Position numbers and translations under genes: made by a program. Below, in pieces: positions 11,701 to 24,200 of a DNA stretch of 64,000 nucleotides. The notes below the pieces were generated by a model. That model was given only the letters and a program-made list of their open reading frames with translations. It ran no database searches and was not told where the DNA came from. The first letter of the stretch is position 1. Each line of letters opens with the position of its first letter. Source of the stretch: Mayamaea pseudoterrestris (lineage: Eukaryota); assembly GCA_027923505.1 (NCBI GenBank), contig BROI01000010.1, forward strand, positions 1-64,000. The letters run 5' to 3'.

Positions 11701-12593
11701 AATTATCGGCGCAGGCTGGCGGACGAGGTAATTATGGCGGCGGTGGTCGAGGAAGTGGAGGGCGCGGTAGCAACGATCGTCGCGCCTCTTTGAACATTCG
11801 GCCAAGACCCAAGGCAGTACTTGAGACGGATGATGACGGTTTTACGAAGACGGTATCGAACAAGAGCACGGCTAAATTCCAACCCAAGTCGATTCAGTCG
11901 AGACCCAATGGCGCCGCTGCTGCTCTGCCAGTTCCGACGACGAAGCGATCAAGCTTTGCAGCCTTAGCATCCGCTGAAGAAAGCGGCCACGACAGTGGGG
12001 CGACCAAGTCTTCCCCTGGGCCACTGGACGACGACCAGCTTGCACGGCGCATCAAGAGCATGCCCATGGACTTTGTTAACGACAATGGAAATGTTGACGA
12101 ACTGCTTCTTTCTTTCGATGAAATTTCTGGCACACCAGACGCCGCGCGCACACTAGTATCCAAGAGCATGGATCGTTTGTTTGAGTGCAAGGACGACGAA
12201 CGCTCTGCAATTATCCAGATATTGGTGATACTTTACGAAAAGAAGAAGCTTTCAAAATCTGACGTGCAGGATGGATTGGCCGACTCAATTGAGTTTATAG
12301 ATAGCATCGTTGTCGACGCTCCCAAAGCCTTTACATATTTGGGCGATGTGCTCAGCGAAATGCTCAGGCTAAAAGCTGTCGATTTCGCATGGGTATGTCA
12401 ACAGCTAGAAAAGTGCAAGGATGCTGATGCGAATACCTTAGCTGCTGAACGAACAATAAAGGAAACGCTTTTGTCTTTCAAGATCAAGGGTGGATCGGAC
12501 GCTGCTAAAGCGCTTTCGAGGAGTTCCGAGTCAATACTTGCCGCGTGTTTAGGATCAGATGCGGCTTTGGAAGCTATTGTGCGAAGTCTGTAA
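8765..12593 (+). CDS. EIF4G: Eukaryotic translation initiation factor 4G, 3 exons (introns 9437-9528, 9945-10027)
   Basis: Q/P-rich N-terminus; eIF4E-binding YxxxxL(phi) motif YTKDQLL; RGG tracts; MIF4G motifs (VLNKMTKEKF, KAIDEPAFGDMYSDLC, GNVKFIGQLYK, SRSRFMYKDLLELRSNRW); C-terminal MA3-like region (VDAPKA). Confidence 0.93.
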
Positions 12594-12749
12594 ATTGGTC
12601 AGTTGTCCTAAATCGAAGACGATTAGATGCAGCTGTTAAATTGCATTTCTAATTCGTCAGATAGACTATTACATGTACTATAACCATTGGCGGCAGTACC
12701 GACCTGGCCAGATGCGATAAAGAAAAGGTTGACAAATGTACGTCTATTT

Positions 12750-14138
12750 TTAAGGAACGGATACAAGCGTTTTGGGCAAGGAGAATTGGTGAAAGCCTTC
12801 CTCGCCCGAGTGGTAATTCATTCCAGAGTGCTTGTAGCCAACCCAGGGGCACGCCACGTCCATATTCTCCAAGCTGTAGCAATTAATACCAACCTGTCCT
12901 GCGTGTATTTGTGAAGCCACTCGCTCTGCTTTGTCCAAATCAAGCGAATAGACGCTCGCCGCCAAGCCAAACTCGGTATCATTCGCCAATCGAATCGCTT
13001 CCGTTTCGCTTCCATCATACGGCGTCAAACACACGAGTGGACCAAAGGTTTCCTCGCGATACGTCTTCATGCCATCTTGAACATCCGCGAGAACCGTGAC
13101 GGGGTAAAATGATCCATTCAAGTCCGATGGAGTTTCACTCTGAAATAAAAGCTTGGCACCCTTGCTCACGGCATCGTCAACGTGCTCCTGCACCTTGTTG
13201 CGCTGCGTGTCCGACACGAGCGGACCAACCATGGTGCTCGGATCCTTGCCACTTCCAACCTTGTAGTCGGCTGCTAATGCGGCAACTTTTTCCTGCATTT
13301 CATTGTAAACTTTATCTGCAACAAAGATGCGCTCGACGGAGCAACAAACTTGACCCGCATTGCTCAAGGAATACTTGACAGCGTCATGCGCCGCCTTGTC
13401 TAAATCGGCATCCTCAAAGACAATCATTGGATCCTTGCCTCCAAGCTCCAATACGAATCGCTTCATGCTTGGAGCGGCTGTCTCCAAAATCTTTTTACCA
13501 GTTTCCGACGACCCCGTCATGGCAATCATGTCAACGCGCGGCGACGACACCAATCTCGCGCCAACGCTTCCATCACCTTGCGCCAGCTGTAAGACTCCTT
13601 CCGGTAGTACACTTGCCAGTGCTTGAACGACGAGCGCTCCCGTTTCCGGAGTCACCTCCGAAGGCTTGACCAAAACGCAGTTGCCCGATCCTAGGGCCGG
13701 CAAGACGAGCAAGAGAATTTCACCGACTGGATAGTTCCATGGACTCAATACAGCAACGATTCCCAATGGACTGCGAATAACCTTGCTGCTGTTATGTTGC
13801 TTTGGCTGGAGCGCTTGTAAGAGTATGTCTAAAAAGGCATTCTTGTGACAGGCATCGTCCATTTCCTCGACCGCTTCCTGCCAAGGCTTACCCATTTCCT
13901 CGACAATGAGTTTGGTCAGTCGGTCCGAAACTACTTCCAGTTGTTCAAGACCTTTTCTGAGTAAATTGATTCGTTCCTCGGCGGAAGTTTGCGCCCAAAA
14001 AGGTTGCTGTTGCGCTGCCAAGTCAATCATTTCGTCCAGTTCCGCCGGTGTCGTGCATGGAACCTTGCTGATGACTTCATTAGTTGCTGGGTTCTTGTTA
14101 ATGATACATCCATCGACAATGGAAATTCCCTGTACCAT
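12750..14138 (-). CDS. NAD(P)-dependent aldehyde dehydrogenase (SSADH-like), intronless
   Basis: ALDH motifs SPWNYP, KPSE, TGSSETG, LELGGKDP, catalytic NAGQVC, EETFGP and ANDTEFGL. Confidence 0.93.
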   Translation of the reverse strand: MVQGISIVDGCIINKNPATNEVISKVPCTTPAELDEMIDLAAQQQPFWAQTSAEERINLLRKGLEQLEVVSDRLTKLIVEEMGKPWQEAVEEMDDACHKNAFLDILLQALQPKQHNSSKVIRSPLGIVAVLSPWNYPVGEILLLVLPALGSGNCVLVKPSEVTPETGALVVQALASVLPEGVLQLAQGDGSVGARLVSSPRVDMIAMTGSSETGKKILETAAPSMKRFVLELGGKDPMIVFEDADLDKAAHDAVKYSLSNAGQVCCSVERIFVADKVYNEMQEKVAALAADYKVGSGKDPSTMVGPLVSDTQRNKVQEHVDDAVSKGAKLLFQSETPSDLNGSFYPVTVLADVQDGMKTYREETFGPLVCLTPYDGSETEAIRLANDTEFGLAASVYSLDLDKAERVASQIHAGQVGINCYSLENMDVACPWVGYKHSGMNYHSGEEGFHQFSLPKTLVSVP

Positions 14139-14643
14139 TCTGATCTATTTTGTAACGAAAGGAGACAAAGGCGGTTATATTGAAAATGCTTATGGCGCAA
14201 GCAGCAATCACGACGCGAACAGCGAATCTTGCAACATTGTAAAAGGCACCAGACGACTCTTTCCATGCGAGGCCTACCTGTTTTCTTTCGAGACGAGACA
14301 AATGAGAAGATATTGGGGCAAGCAACGAAAAGCGAAAGTGATTAACTCTCGGGAAAGCGCGGAGCGAGCGGCTCACAAAAGCCATGGTGGATTCGAGCGA
14401 GTGAAATCTTTCAAAACATTTCGAATATGACAATGAAAACTAGTCACTATTCATGAATATCTCGTCTCACCGAGACTAAAATTTCGCGCCATATTTAGGA
14501 AACGCGCGCAGCCACAAGTTCAACCGTGACCATGGACGCTGCTCATCAGTCCGAATGATCGTGCGTTTCCGTTCCATTTTTAAAGAAAAGTATTTTGCGA
14601 TCGCGCATTTCTGAAGCATTCTTTTTTAAACCCCAGTAGTATC

Positions 14644-17600
14644 ATGTCATCTCCATCTGCCAACGACGAATCAATGACGCAGCCATTGAAGTGGCCCATG
14701 AACAAGGCGCGACAAACGTTCATCGACTTTTTTGCCAAGCAACACAATCACACCTTTTGGGCTTCCAGTCCCTGCGTTCCGGTGGATGATCCGACACTGC
14801 TCTTTACGAATGCAGGAATGAATCAGTTTAAGCCACTGTTTCTTGGTATGTGTAAATGTAAAGGATAGAGTGACGAGTGAATGAGAGAAGCATGCTTATT
14901 GTGATGGTCCTCTTGAACGCCCTCGGTAGTCATTCACTTGTCTCATCCTCCCTTTCTTTCTGATCTTTTTATACTAGGAACTTGCGATCCGCATTTGGAA
15001 ATGTCCAAATTGAAGCGCGCCGTCAATTCCCAAAAGTGCATTCGCGCCGGCGGCAAGCACAATGACTTGGACGACGTTGGCAAGGATGTTTACCATCATA
15101 CCTTTTTTGAAATGCTTGGAAACTGGAGCTTTGGCGACTACTTTAAAGCGGAAGCGATTGAGATGGCTTGGAAATGCTTGACGGAGGAGTTTGGCTTGAA
15201 TCCGGAGCGCTTGTACGCCACGTACTTTGAAGGCAACGAGCAAACGCCATGCGACGATGAAGCGAGGGAGCTATGGCTCAAGTACTTGCCGGCGGAGCGA
15301 ATTTTGCCATTCTCGGCCAAGGACAATTTTTGGGAAATGGGAGCCACTGGTCCTTGTGGTCCGTGTACGGAGATTCACTACGATCGGATTGGTAATCGGG
15401 ATGCAAGCAAGTTGGTGAATGCCGACTTGCCGGATGTCATTGAAATTTGGGTGCGTAGCATACTGGAGATGACAGGAGAGCGTGGCTTTGATTTACATGC
15501 GATGCTCACATATGCACACTTATAATTCCTACATTGCGCAGAATAATGTCTTTATTCAGTACAATCGCGAAGCCGACGGCTCGCTACGTCCGTTGCCGGC
15601 GCAGCATGTGGACACTGGCATGGGCTTTGAGCGACTCACGTCCATTCTTCAGGGAGTCGATTCCAACTACGACACGGACATTTTTATTCCGCTCTTTGAG
15701 GCTATCCAAAAGGTGACTGGTGCGCGTCCATATGCCAAACAAGTTGGCGCGGACGATCCAGAGTTTATCGATATGGCCTATCGCGTTGTTGCCGATCATA
15801 TTCGAACGCTATGCTTTTCCATTGCCGATGGAGCCGTGCCAAGTAACGACGGGCGTGGTTATGTGCTTCGACGAGTATTGCGACGCGCAGTTCGGTATGG
15901 AAGACAGAACCTTGGTGCGGAGCTTGGATTTTTTGCGAAGCTTGTGCCAACGGTCGTTGAAGTCATGGGCGGCATGTATCCGGAACTAATTGAGCGTCAG
16001 GCGCATGTGACGGCCATTATTCAGGACGAGGAGGAGTCGTTTTCGCGTACGCTTGACAAGGGCATTCAGAAGTTTAAGGAAATGGCCGATGGCGGCGACG
16101 GCAAGACATTTTCTGGCGACGATGCGCACTTTTTGTACACGTCCATGGGCTTTCCGATTGATTTGACGGAGCTCATGTGCGAGGAACGTGGTCTTTTAGT
16201 CGACAAGGATGCTTTCGAGGAGAAGATGAAAGCGGAGCAAGAGCTGAGTGCGGCTGCTCACCTTGCAAAAATGGCGGGCGGTAGTGGCAAGGACATGCGA
16301 CTCGTGGCGGAGCAGACGGCATATCTTATAGGTAAAGAGATTGGTGCGACTGACGACAATGCCAAATATGTTTGGAATCAGCACTTGGAAGGATGCACAG
16401 TCAAGGCGCTGTTCATTGGTCGAAATGAAACGGAGGACAAACTTGGGTTTGTTGAAACGATATCAATTGAAAGCAGCGCCGTGGGTTTGATCCTTGATCA
16501 GTCAAGCTTCTACGCCGAAGCTGGCGGACAGGCGTACGACACTGGGATCATGAAGACGGTATCTGGTGCCGAGATCAAGATCAACAACGTCCAAAGCTAC
16601 GGACAGTACGTCTTGCATATCGGCGAAGTCGTCAGTGGCAGTATTACTGTTGGCGACGCCATAACCTGCAGCGTTGACTATGTGCGCCGTGGTCCTATTG
16701 CGTCGAACCACACCATGACTCATGTACTGAATCATGCTTTAAAGGAAGTGCTAGTCAATCGCACGGGGTCGTCAGCGCTAGTTGACCAAAAAGGGTCGCT
16801 GGTCGACGAGTTTAAGCTCCGATTCGACTTTTCCTGGAACAATCAGCTGACTCCAGAGCAATTAGCAGACGTTGAGAAACTTTGCGTACACCGCATCGAG
16901 AGTGCAGTGCCAGTTGAAGCCTACGTCGCTCCCCTTGCGGATGCTTCCAAAATTTCTGCGCTTCGTGCCGTTTTTGGCGAAAAGTACCCAGACCCTGTAC
17001 GCGTCGTCTCTGTGGCGAATGTCTCGGTACCGGAGATGCTTGCAAACCCACAAGATTCTACATGGAACGAATACAGTATCGAGTTTTGCGGTGGTACCCA
17101 TCTGACAAACACGAAGGAAGCGGAAGCATTCGTCCTGTTGTCGGAAGAGGGAATTGCTAAAGGCATTCGCCGTATTGTCGCCGTTACGCAAGATGATGCG
17201 AAGAAGGCAATGGCCGTGGCGGATGAATTTGAAGCCAAACTTGTTGCGGCCGAATCGATGGACATGGATCAGTTGGAGGAGCATGCGAAGGCATTGCAGG
17301 CTGAACTCGACGGTCTGAGCATTGCCGCAGTAAAGAAGGCCCAATTCCGAGAGGCGCTCGTCGGCTTGACGAAGAAGGCGATTGCCTACAAGAAGCACAA
17401 GGTTGCTGGCATGGCTGACGAAATTGCGGAGAAGGCTATTGCGGCTGCTGCAGGTGTAGATGGTAAGAAGGTGGTTGTTCGATTCGACTTTGGTATGGAT
17501 GGGAAGGTATCAAAGAGTATTCTCGCCGCCTTCGGAAAGAAGGTGAAGGACAAGGCGCTCATGCTTATCTCCGCCGACGAGGCCGCAGATCGCTATATGG

Positions 17601-17767
17601 TCGTCACATATGCACCAAAGGGCGTTGATGTCGACTGTAAGGCATGGGTGGTTGCGGCAACAGAGGGAACAGAAGCAAAGGGTGGCGGAAAGAAAGACAC
17701 TGCACAAATGACTGTCGTTGGCACCTCCAGCATCGCCTCTGTTATGGCGAAGGCGCAAACGTGCTAA
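14644..17767 (+). CDS. AARS: Alanine--tRNA ligase, 3 exons (introns 14846-14977, 15451-15541)
   Basis: [43 protein letters not shown], editing-site NHTMTH and EFCGGTH, and C-terminal KGGG. Confidence 0.97.
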
Positions 17768-18120
17768 TTGTATATGATGGTTGCTAAAATAATATTTACT
17801 ACTACCTATTATGGATTGTTTTTGCGTTGTCGACTAAAGTGAGGAAGTCGCTGCGGCTGAAACGGCAGGGAGCAGAGGGGCAATAGAATAAGTAACCGTC
17901 GGGTTTCCTTTTAACTAAGTAACCGACTTGAACGGCACTGAAAAGCACGCAAGCACGGCATACTGCGCTGGAATCGATGACGACCATGGCGTAAGCTGCG
18001 CAACAGTGCCTTTGCTTGCGAGTGGTTGTCGCCGATCGTAGTCGTATGCTGGTCGTCCGGAAGCCTCATACCAGATTAACTTGATAATAGTATTTAGCAT
18101 CATTTTTCCGGTGAAACATC

Positions 18121-19776
18121 ATGGCAACTACGTGGCCTCCCATCCCTCCAAACACCTTCTCTCCCAACATTTACTCGCTCGGCTTCAAAGCAGGCCAGAC
18201 ATTGCAGACTCTTTATACACTTGGGACCCAAATATCATGGAAGAAAGTGTACGATAATATCACTAGCTTTCCGGCGTTTTACAAGCACTGGTGGCTAGAC
18301 TTATTCGCCAATGATCCGATCCATGTTTTCGTTGAAACTACTCTTTTGATAAGCATCATTGTCATGCTCCTAGCCAATCGAATCAACAAGAAGAAGTACA
18401 ATAAACAAATTGCGAACAAGGGACAATTGACGAAACTTGAAGAGGAAGAATTGCTTTATGAATGGAAAATGCATACGAGGGCGCCCCTTGTTCCACTTCA
18501 GCTACATGAGGAGCAATATAATACTCCAAACGATATTATGATCGAAAAGGTACAAGGCAAGATGATGACGATTCAACTTGATGGCATTTCAGATAGCATT
18601 CAGGCTATCAACTTTTGCAACTTGGACTTTCTCGGCATGTCGAGTCATTCGGTAGTGCAAGCAGCAGCGAAGCAAGCGTTGGACAAGTACGGTTGTGGTT
18701 CCTGCGGCCCTCGAGGCTTTTACGGAACGATTGATGTACATTTGCAGCTTGAAGAATATTTCGCCAAAACAATCATGAAGACGGAGCAAGCCATTTTGTA
18801 TTCAGATGCAGCCAGCATGTGCACATCCACCGTTGCCGCGTTTGCCAAGCGAGGAGACTTGCTCGTGGTGGATGCCGCCGTGTATGAGCCACTGTTGACG
18901 GGTGTGACCCTGTCAAGAGCGCATGTGCGATACTTTGCACACAACGACATGCAAGACTTGCGGCGCATTTTGATGGAGGTGCAAGCTAACGACCGAAAGA
19001 TTGGTCGCAAGCCAAACGCGCAGCGACGATTCATTGTCGCGGAAGGTTTGTACAAGAACACGGGATCAATTTGCAAGCTGGACGAGCTCGTTGCCTTGAA
19101 GCATGAGTTTGCGTATCGTCTGATACTCGACGAATCGCATTCGTTCGGGTCACTGGGTCCGACTGGACGCGGAGCTTTGGAACTGCATGGCAAGCAAATC
19201 ATGAAAGACGCCGAGATTGTAACAGTTTCTTTAGAAAATGCGGTAGGAAGTATTGGGGGAATGACTGTTGGAAGTGACGAAGTCGTTGATCATCAGCGAT
19301 TGAGTGGTTCCGGCTACTGCTTTAGTGCTGCGGCGCCTCCGTTTACGGCTACCGCTGCATTGGCATCACTCCAATTCGTGCAGGAACATCCTGACGTGCA
19401 TCAAAGGCTGCAGGACAATTGCGCTTACATGTATGAAAAGTTAAAGACTTGGTGTAAGTTGGTGGACAATGTGGTAGTGGTGCACAGTGACGAACGATCC
19501 CATCTTGTCATGCTCCGAGTCGCTGACAGCGAAGAACTGGAGGATCTGGATAGTATCGTCTTTTGCGAGGAGGTTGTACGCGAATGTCTGCTCCACAAGG
19601 TTGCCTTTTGCGCGACAAACCGCGAAGCGATCGATGAAGCTTCGGCGCCGCCGCCAATCATTCGAATTACTCTATCAGCCGCTCATTCGCACGCTGATAT
19701 TGACAAGGCTTTGGTGGTCTTGGCGGAAGCTGTCCATACTGTGCTGGACAGGTTCTATGAAGAGGGAACAAACTAA
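18121..19776 (+). CDS. LCB1: Serine palmitoyltransferase subunit LCB1/SPTLC1
   Basis: N-terminal TM segment, YGCGSCGPRGFYGTIDVHL, LDESHSFG and HQRLSGSGYCFSA. It has SLENA where LCB2 carries the PLP lysine. Confidence 0.93.
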   Translation: MATTWPPIPPNTFSPNIYSLGFKAGQTLQTLYTLGTQISWKKVYDNITSFPAFYKHWWLDLFANDPIHVFVETTLLISIIVMLLANRINKKKYNKQIANKGQLTKLEEEELLYEWKMHTRAPLVPLQLHEEQYNTPNDIMIEKVQGKMMTIQLDGISDSIQAINFCNLDFLGMSSHSVVQAAAKQALDKYGCGSCGPRGFYGTIDVHLQLEEYFAKTIMKTEQAILYSDAASMCTSTVAAFAKRGDLLVVDAAVYEPLLTGVTLSRAHVRYFAHNDMQDLRRILMEVQANDRKIGRKPNAQRRFIVAEGLYKNTGSICKLDELVALKHEFAYRLILDESHSFGSLGPTGRGALELHGKQIMKDAEIVTVSLENAVGSIGGMTVGSDEVVDHQRLSGSGYCFSAAAPPFTATAALASLQFVQEHPDVHQRLQDNCAYMYEKLKTWCKLVDNVVVVHSDERSHLVMLRVADSEELEDLDSIVFCEEVVRECLLHKVAFCATNREAIDEASAPPPIIRITLSAAHSHADIDKALVVLAEAVHTVLDRFYEEGTN

Positions 19777-20079
19777 CTGTAAGCTTGTACGTAGAATGCA
19801 GTTCTTCATACACATATATTAGCTACCGCACGAGTACGCTGGAAGGCAAACTGCCAAGCGATGCCACCTGAACCACCAAGAGACGAATCCTTTTGCCGTT
19901 CGGCCTTCATTCAAGGCCAATCGAGGCGAGCGCCTTGTCGTCCTTCGCGTACCAATTAATTCACGTTTGTTGCAACATTGCAAACCCGTTCTTTGCTAAA
20001 CTACTCCTACATTGTTTTACGAAATCAGCAATCATTATAGACGCAAGGGGAACGTGACTCATGTTTAGTTGTTATAATT

Positions 20080-20637
20080 TTACGCCTTTCCAACCTTGAC
20101 GAATCGACCTCTCGCCGCTTGCTTCTTGGTAATCTTCTTTGGCTCCTCATCAGCCTTTTCAACTGGCGCTTCCTCCTGCTTTAAGATAATTTCAATGTGT
20201 GCCGGTTGACTGGCATACTTGCCGATGCGACCATGAGCGCGGTAGGTTCTTCGTCGTCCAGCAGGTGCCCGGTTCACTTGAGCATGATCAATGACAAGTT
20301 GCTCCGACTCTAGTCCCTTGGTCGTGGCATTGGCAACGGCATTTTTGAGCAGATCAATGTACACAGCCGTCGCCTTGACTGGCCAGCGACCCTTGCTACC
20401 CGGCGCCTTGACTTGCTTGGCCATGGCCTTGCGTCCGATACCTCCGGTAAACTTGACAAAGGGAATAATCGCCTTGAACTCCAAAACGTTTTCCAAATGC
20501 TTCAAGGCCTTGTCAACCTTCATGCCCTTGGTAAAGTGAGCAATCTCCCGACAGTGCTTGAAATGCACGCGAAGGCCGGCGCCGCGGGCTTTAGAGGTCT
20601 TTTCGGGGACCTCGGGTTCGACACTGTAGCGGACCAT
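20080..20637 (-). CDS. RPL17: 60S ribosomal protein L17 (uL22)
   Basis: MVRYS, LRVHFK, GRWPVK and RRRTYRAHGRI. A 5'-UTR intron at ~20644-20805 is possible. Confidence 0.97.
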   Translation of the reverse strand: MVRYSVEPEVPEKTSKARGAGLRVHFKHCREIAHFTKGMKVDKALKHLENVLEFKAIIPFVKFTGGIGRKAMAKQVKAPGSKGRWPVKATAVYIDLLKNAVANATTKGLESEQLVIDHAQVNRAPAGRRRTYRAHGRIGKYASQPAHIEIILKQEEAPVEKADEEPKKITKKQAARGRFVKVGKA

Positions 20638-21239
20638 TATTACTAGTTATATGTAGGATGTAAAAAGAAACGTGGCTGAAAATCCAGATGTAAAGAAGGA
20701 TGATGTGAGACAATAATTCAAATTGAAATGAAAGGGGTCATAGCATGCGACTCGACGAGAATTCAGTCTCCGGAGGTCTCTGCGCTTGTAGACCTTTTAA
20801 ATTACTCCTTGCTCTTAATAACTAACAGATTCACAACGAATTTCGTCACTGCAGCAGCAACACACCTTGCTCGTTTGCGTCGTCGATCATGGAAGCGCTC
20901 ATGCTGATCGGTCGGGCAGCGGTTAGTAAGGCGATACGCGGTAAAACGCATTAGGTCGGTGTGCTTCGTCCCCGATTGGCATATGTGTACCGCAGCGACT
21001 TCTGCATAACGATGCGACATTTGATTCAACCGCGTCGACGCGCCCAAGCGCGATCATTCTTCGAACCTCTCGCATGGCAGATCTTTGGCATTCCACATGC
21101 CGATTTCCATGTACAAGCTGTAGTCACAGCAATTAGACAGGAAGGAGCATTATCATTTCCGAATAATAAAGCTTGTTTAATGATTCGCTTACGATCAACT
21201 CATGAGAGACGATCAACGTCCCTATCAGGCGAGACTAGA

Positions 21240-24200
21240 ATGACGGAACGATCGACGAAAGTGCCGAAGGTTGCTCTCCTTTGGTTTCTCCTTGTGTCGC
21301 TCGTTCCAAACGTAACATCGTTTCAAACGATATTGCCACAATTGCGTCTACAGTCATCAAATAACAGATTAATGCCATTGCAATATAAGGATGATGATGA
21401 AGGATACTCATTGGGACTTCGACCATCAAGGCGACGATCGAAAACGATTTCCAAGCACCAACAAACCGCAAATACGTTGAATGGCTCTACTGCTGCAAAT
21501 ACAAGCCAAGTCGTCTCAATGGGAATTCCGGAAAATATGCCGCCTCAAGGCACGCAACTTGACGTACCAACCAACTCGTCAAGCAATTTGGAGTCACACT
21601 CTGTCATTGATCTTGCACTGCGCCAAGCGAGCGAAACGTCGAGTAGCACCACAAACATGTTTGGAATGCGCAGAGGAAACTCAAAGGCGACTCGCAAACC
21701 TTCACTTTATACGGGGAAGAAATGGAACGAAACCGTTTCGCATCGAAATCCAATCCTTGACGCCTTGTCAGACATGATGCGGGGCCACAAGGATGGAAAC
21801 AATACGACGAAACATGGAGCAGGTATGAAGAAACGACGAAATAAGCACTCTGGTATCGATGATCGTAAAAACGCATCATTATCAAGCAGCAGCAGCGCGA
21901 ATTCGACGGCGGCTCACGACGAAAACCCAATTCTGTCAGTGTTATCCGACCTGATGCCGGGCTACAAGGATGAAAACAAGACGATGGCTCAAAACACAAT
22001 TGTCAAGAAACACAACATCAAGGATATTACAGCTGAGAACCTTAATGCAACAATGTCAAGCAGCAAAACTAGCAGTAGCAGCAGGAAAACCAGCGGGAAC
22101 GTCACGGCGACCCATGACGAAAATCCGATTCGTTCAGTATTATCAGACGTGATGCCGGGCTACAAGGACGAAAACACGACGATGGATCAAACAAAGAAAC
22201 GACAGCATACGCATAACGGAGCTGACAACCGTGACGTATCACTGTCAAGCAGCAAGAGGGACAGTACTAGCGGCAGCACAAACAGCGCGAATGAAACGGC
22301 CAACGAAAAGAATCCAAAACTTTCAGTTATTTCCGACATGATGCCCAGCTACAAGGATGAAAACAAGACGAAGGATCAAACAGCCGAAAAACAAGATATT
22401 ACTGTTGGTCATGCTGCATCGTCATTGAGCAGCAGCAATGGTGCAAATGCGACGGCGTTCAGCAAGAAGAATCCAAGCCTTTCAGTGTTCTCGGGGTTAT
22501 TGCTCGGCACCGAAAACAGTACGAATGAATCTCAACAAGTAGCAGACAGCGAGAATGACCACGAAGTGGATCATGACGAATCGGCGACTAGCACCGGAAA
22601 CTCAACGGGCTCGTCCAAAAATCCAGTCCTTGCCGCCTTGTCGCGCTTGATGCCAACTACAAAAACGAAGGCAAGAGACGCTCATCAAGCACCTGTTAGC
22701 GAGAAGCTTGACGACGACAGGAGTCACAACGTATCATCGACTAGCAGCGCAAATGTCACCACAGCTCGGCGAAAAAGAAACCCAGTCTTGTCCGCATTCT
22801 CTCGTATTATGCCTGGTTACAGGGACAAAGATAAGTCGAAAGACTCTGATGGAAGCTTAAGTGACACATCGTACAAGAAGAGAAAAGGCTACAATGACAG
22901 GGGTGCAAGAGACAAGGGCGTTGCACTATGGTATAGAACCAACTCGACAACACTGGCGCTGCCCCCGGCTTCGGCCTCGGGATCAGGTGCCATGACGAGT
23001 ACTGCGCCATATAACAATGCGCTCGTCGACAAGAATCCATCTGAGGTAATCACACTAGGCGACTTGGAGTCCTTCTTGGTTGCAAATCGCTTTGTCCGTG
23101 AACGCGACTTGGAAGCATGGACCGCCAGTTTGGCACTGGACCAAAAATCAAAGGGCAAGAACCCTGACGAAATGTCAGCTCTTGACGCCGCCGGTGCACT
23201 CATTGCTGATGCCCATGACAAGACAGAAGAAACGTCATCGACATCATCAGGCGTGGCATTTCCGCAACCATCAATGCTTTGCGTGAAGGACTTGAAATAT
23301 GGTACTACTTTATCTTCTGGTCTGTTTGGTTTGTTACTCGCTGCGTCATTCTTGCCCAACATGTGGCTGGTCGGAAGTATTGTGGGCGGCTTGTATGGCT
23401 ATGACTTGGTCAGCAAAATTGGCGCAGTGGCGGCTGATGACGAGGAACCAACGTCAATTGTGCCTCGCCTACTGCTGCGGTCGGGTCGCTGGTTGGCCAA
23501 GACGTCGCTGAAGATTTACGATTCCATTGTAATCCTTTGGTTTTTATACAAGACGGGTCAATTGTCGTACGAGTACTTTAAGCGCTACGAAGCTTTGGAC
23601 CAAAGGTTTGCCATTCAAGACAAGATTGATAAGTGGAACTCCGTCTTTGTCAAGGGTAAGATTGCGTTTGACGAGTGGGAGCAAGAAAACGAAATCGGCC
23701 GCAAGGTGGTTGCATCCCTTCGTACTGCCTGGCTCGTGGAGGAGCAGAGTTTGAAAAAGGCCGAGCGGGAGCGCAGATCAAAGTATCGCGTTGTCCAAGT
23801 GCTTTATGATGGTTTGGATAATGTAAAGCGCACCTTGCGATCAATGTGGCTTACCGTCACTGGGCGAGGCGATTCTCAATTTTTCGAGTTTCTGGAAGGT
23901 TTGCGAGTGCGTGTGGCCGAGTCCTGTCGCTTGGATGAATTAGCACGTCGGTCGGGTCCCATTTTTGCCGCATTAATCATTCTGAATATGGCCGGAGCCT
24001 TGTTCAAGTTGTCTCCGATTGTTCTGTCAGTTTTTGCCGTTTTCGCTGGAATTACTTGGCCGAGCTGGTGGTCCGAGTTTGTCGATCGCCTATCAGAGTT
24101 TGCCGACGAAACTCGCGCACGCGGCCGACGTGAATTGGACGAAGAGCCCGATCGTGGCGTGTCGCAATCGTTGTCTTCATCTTCCGGATCCCTGCTTCCG

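Noticed and set aside
12750..14138. Horizontal transfer of the intronless ALDH (and the nicotinamidase)
   Set aside because: Intronless genes are common in diatoms and I see no compositional anomaly. A phylogeny would be needed.
17780..18110. Small ORFs or an ncRNA between AlaRS and LCB1
   Set aside because: No recognisable protein, snRNA, snoRNA or riboswitch motif. The length fits a terminator plus promoter.
20961..21239. N-terminal extension of the 1139-aa ORF
   Set aside because: It starts at a non-ATG codon in the RPL17 divergent promoter. The signal peptide follows the ATG at 21240.
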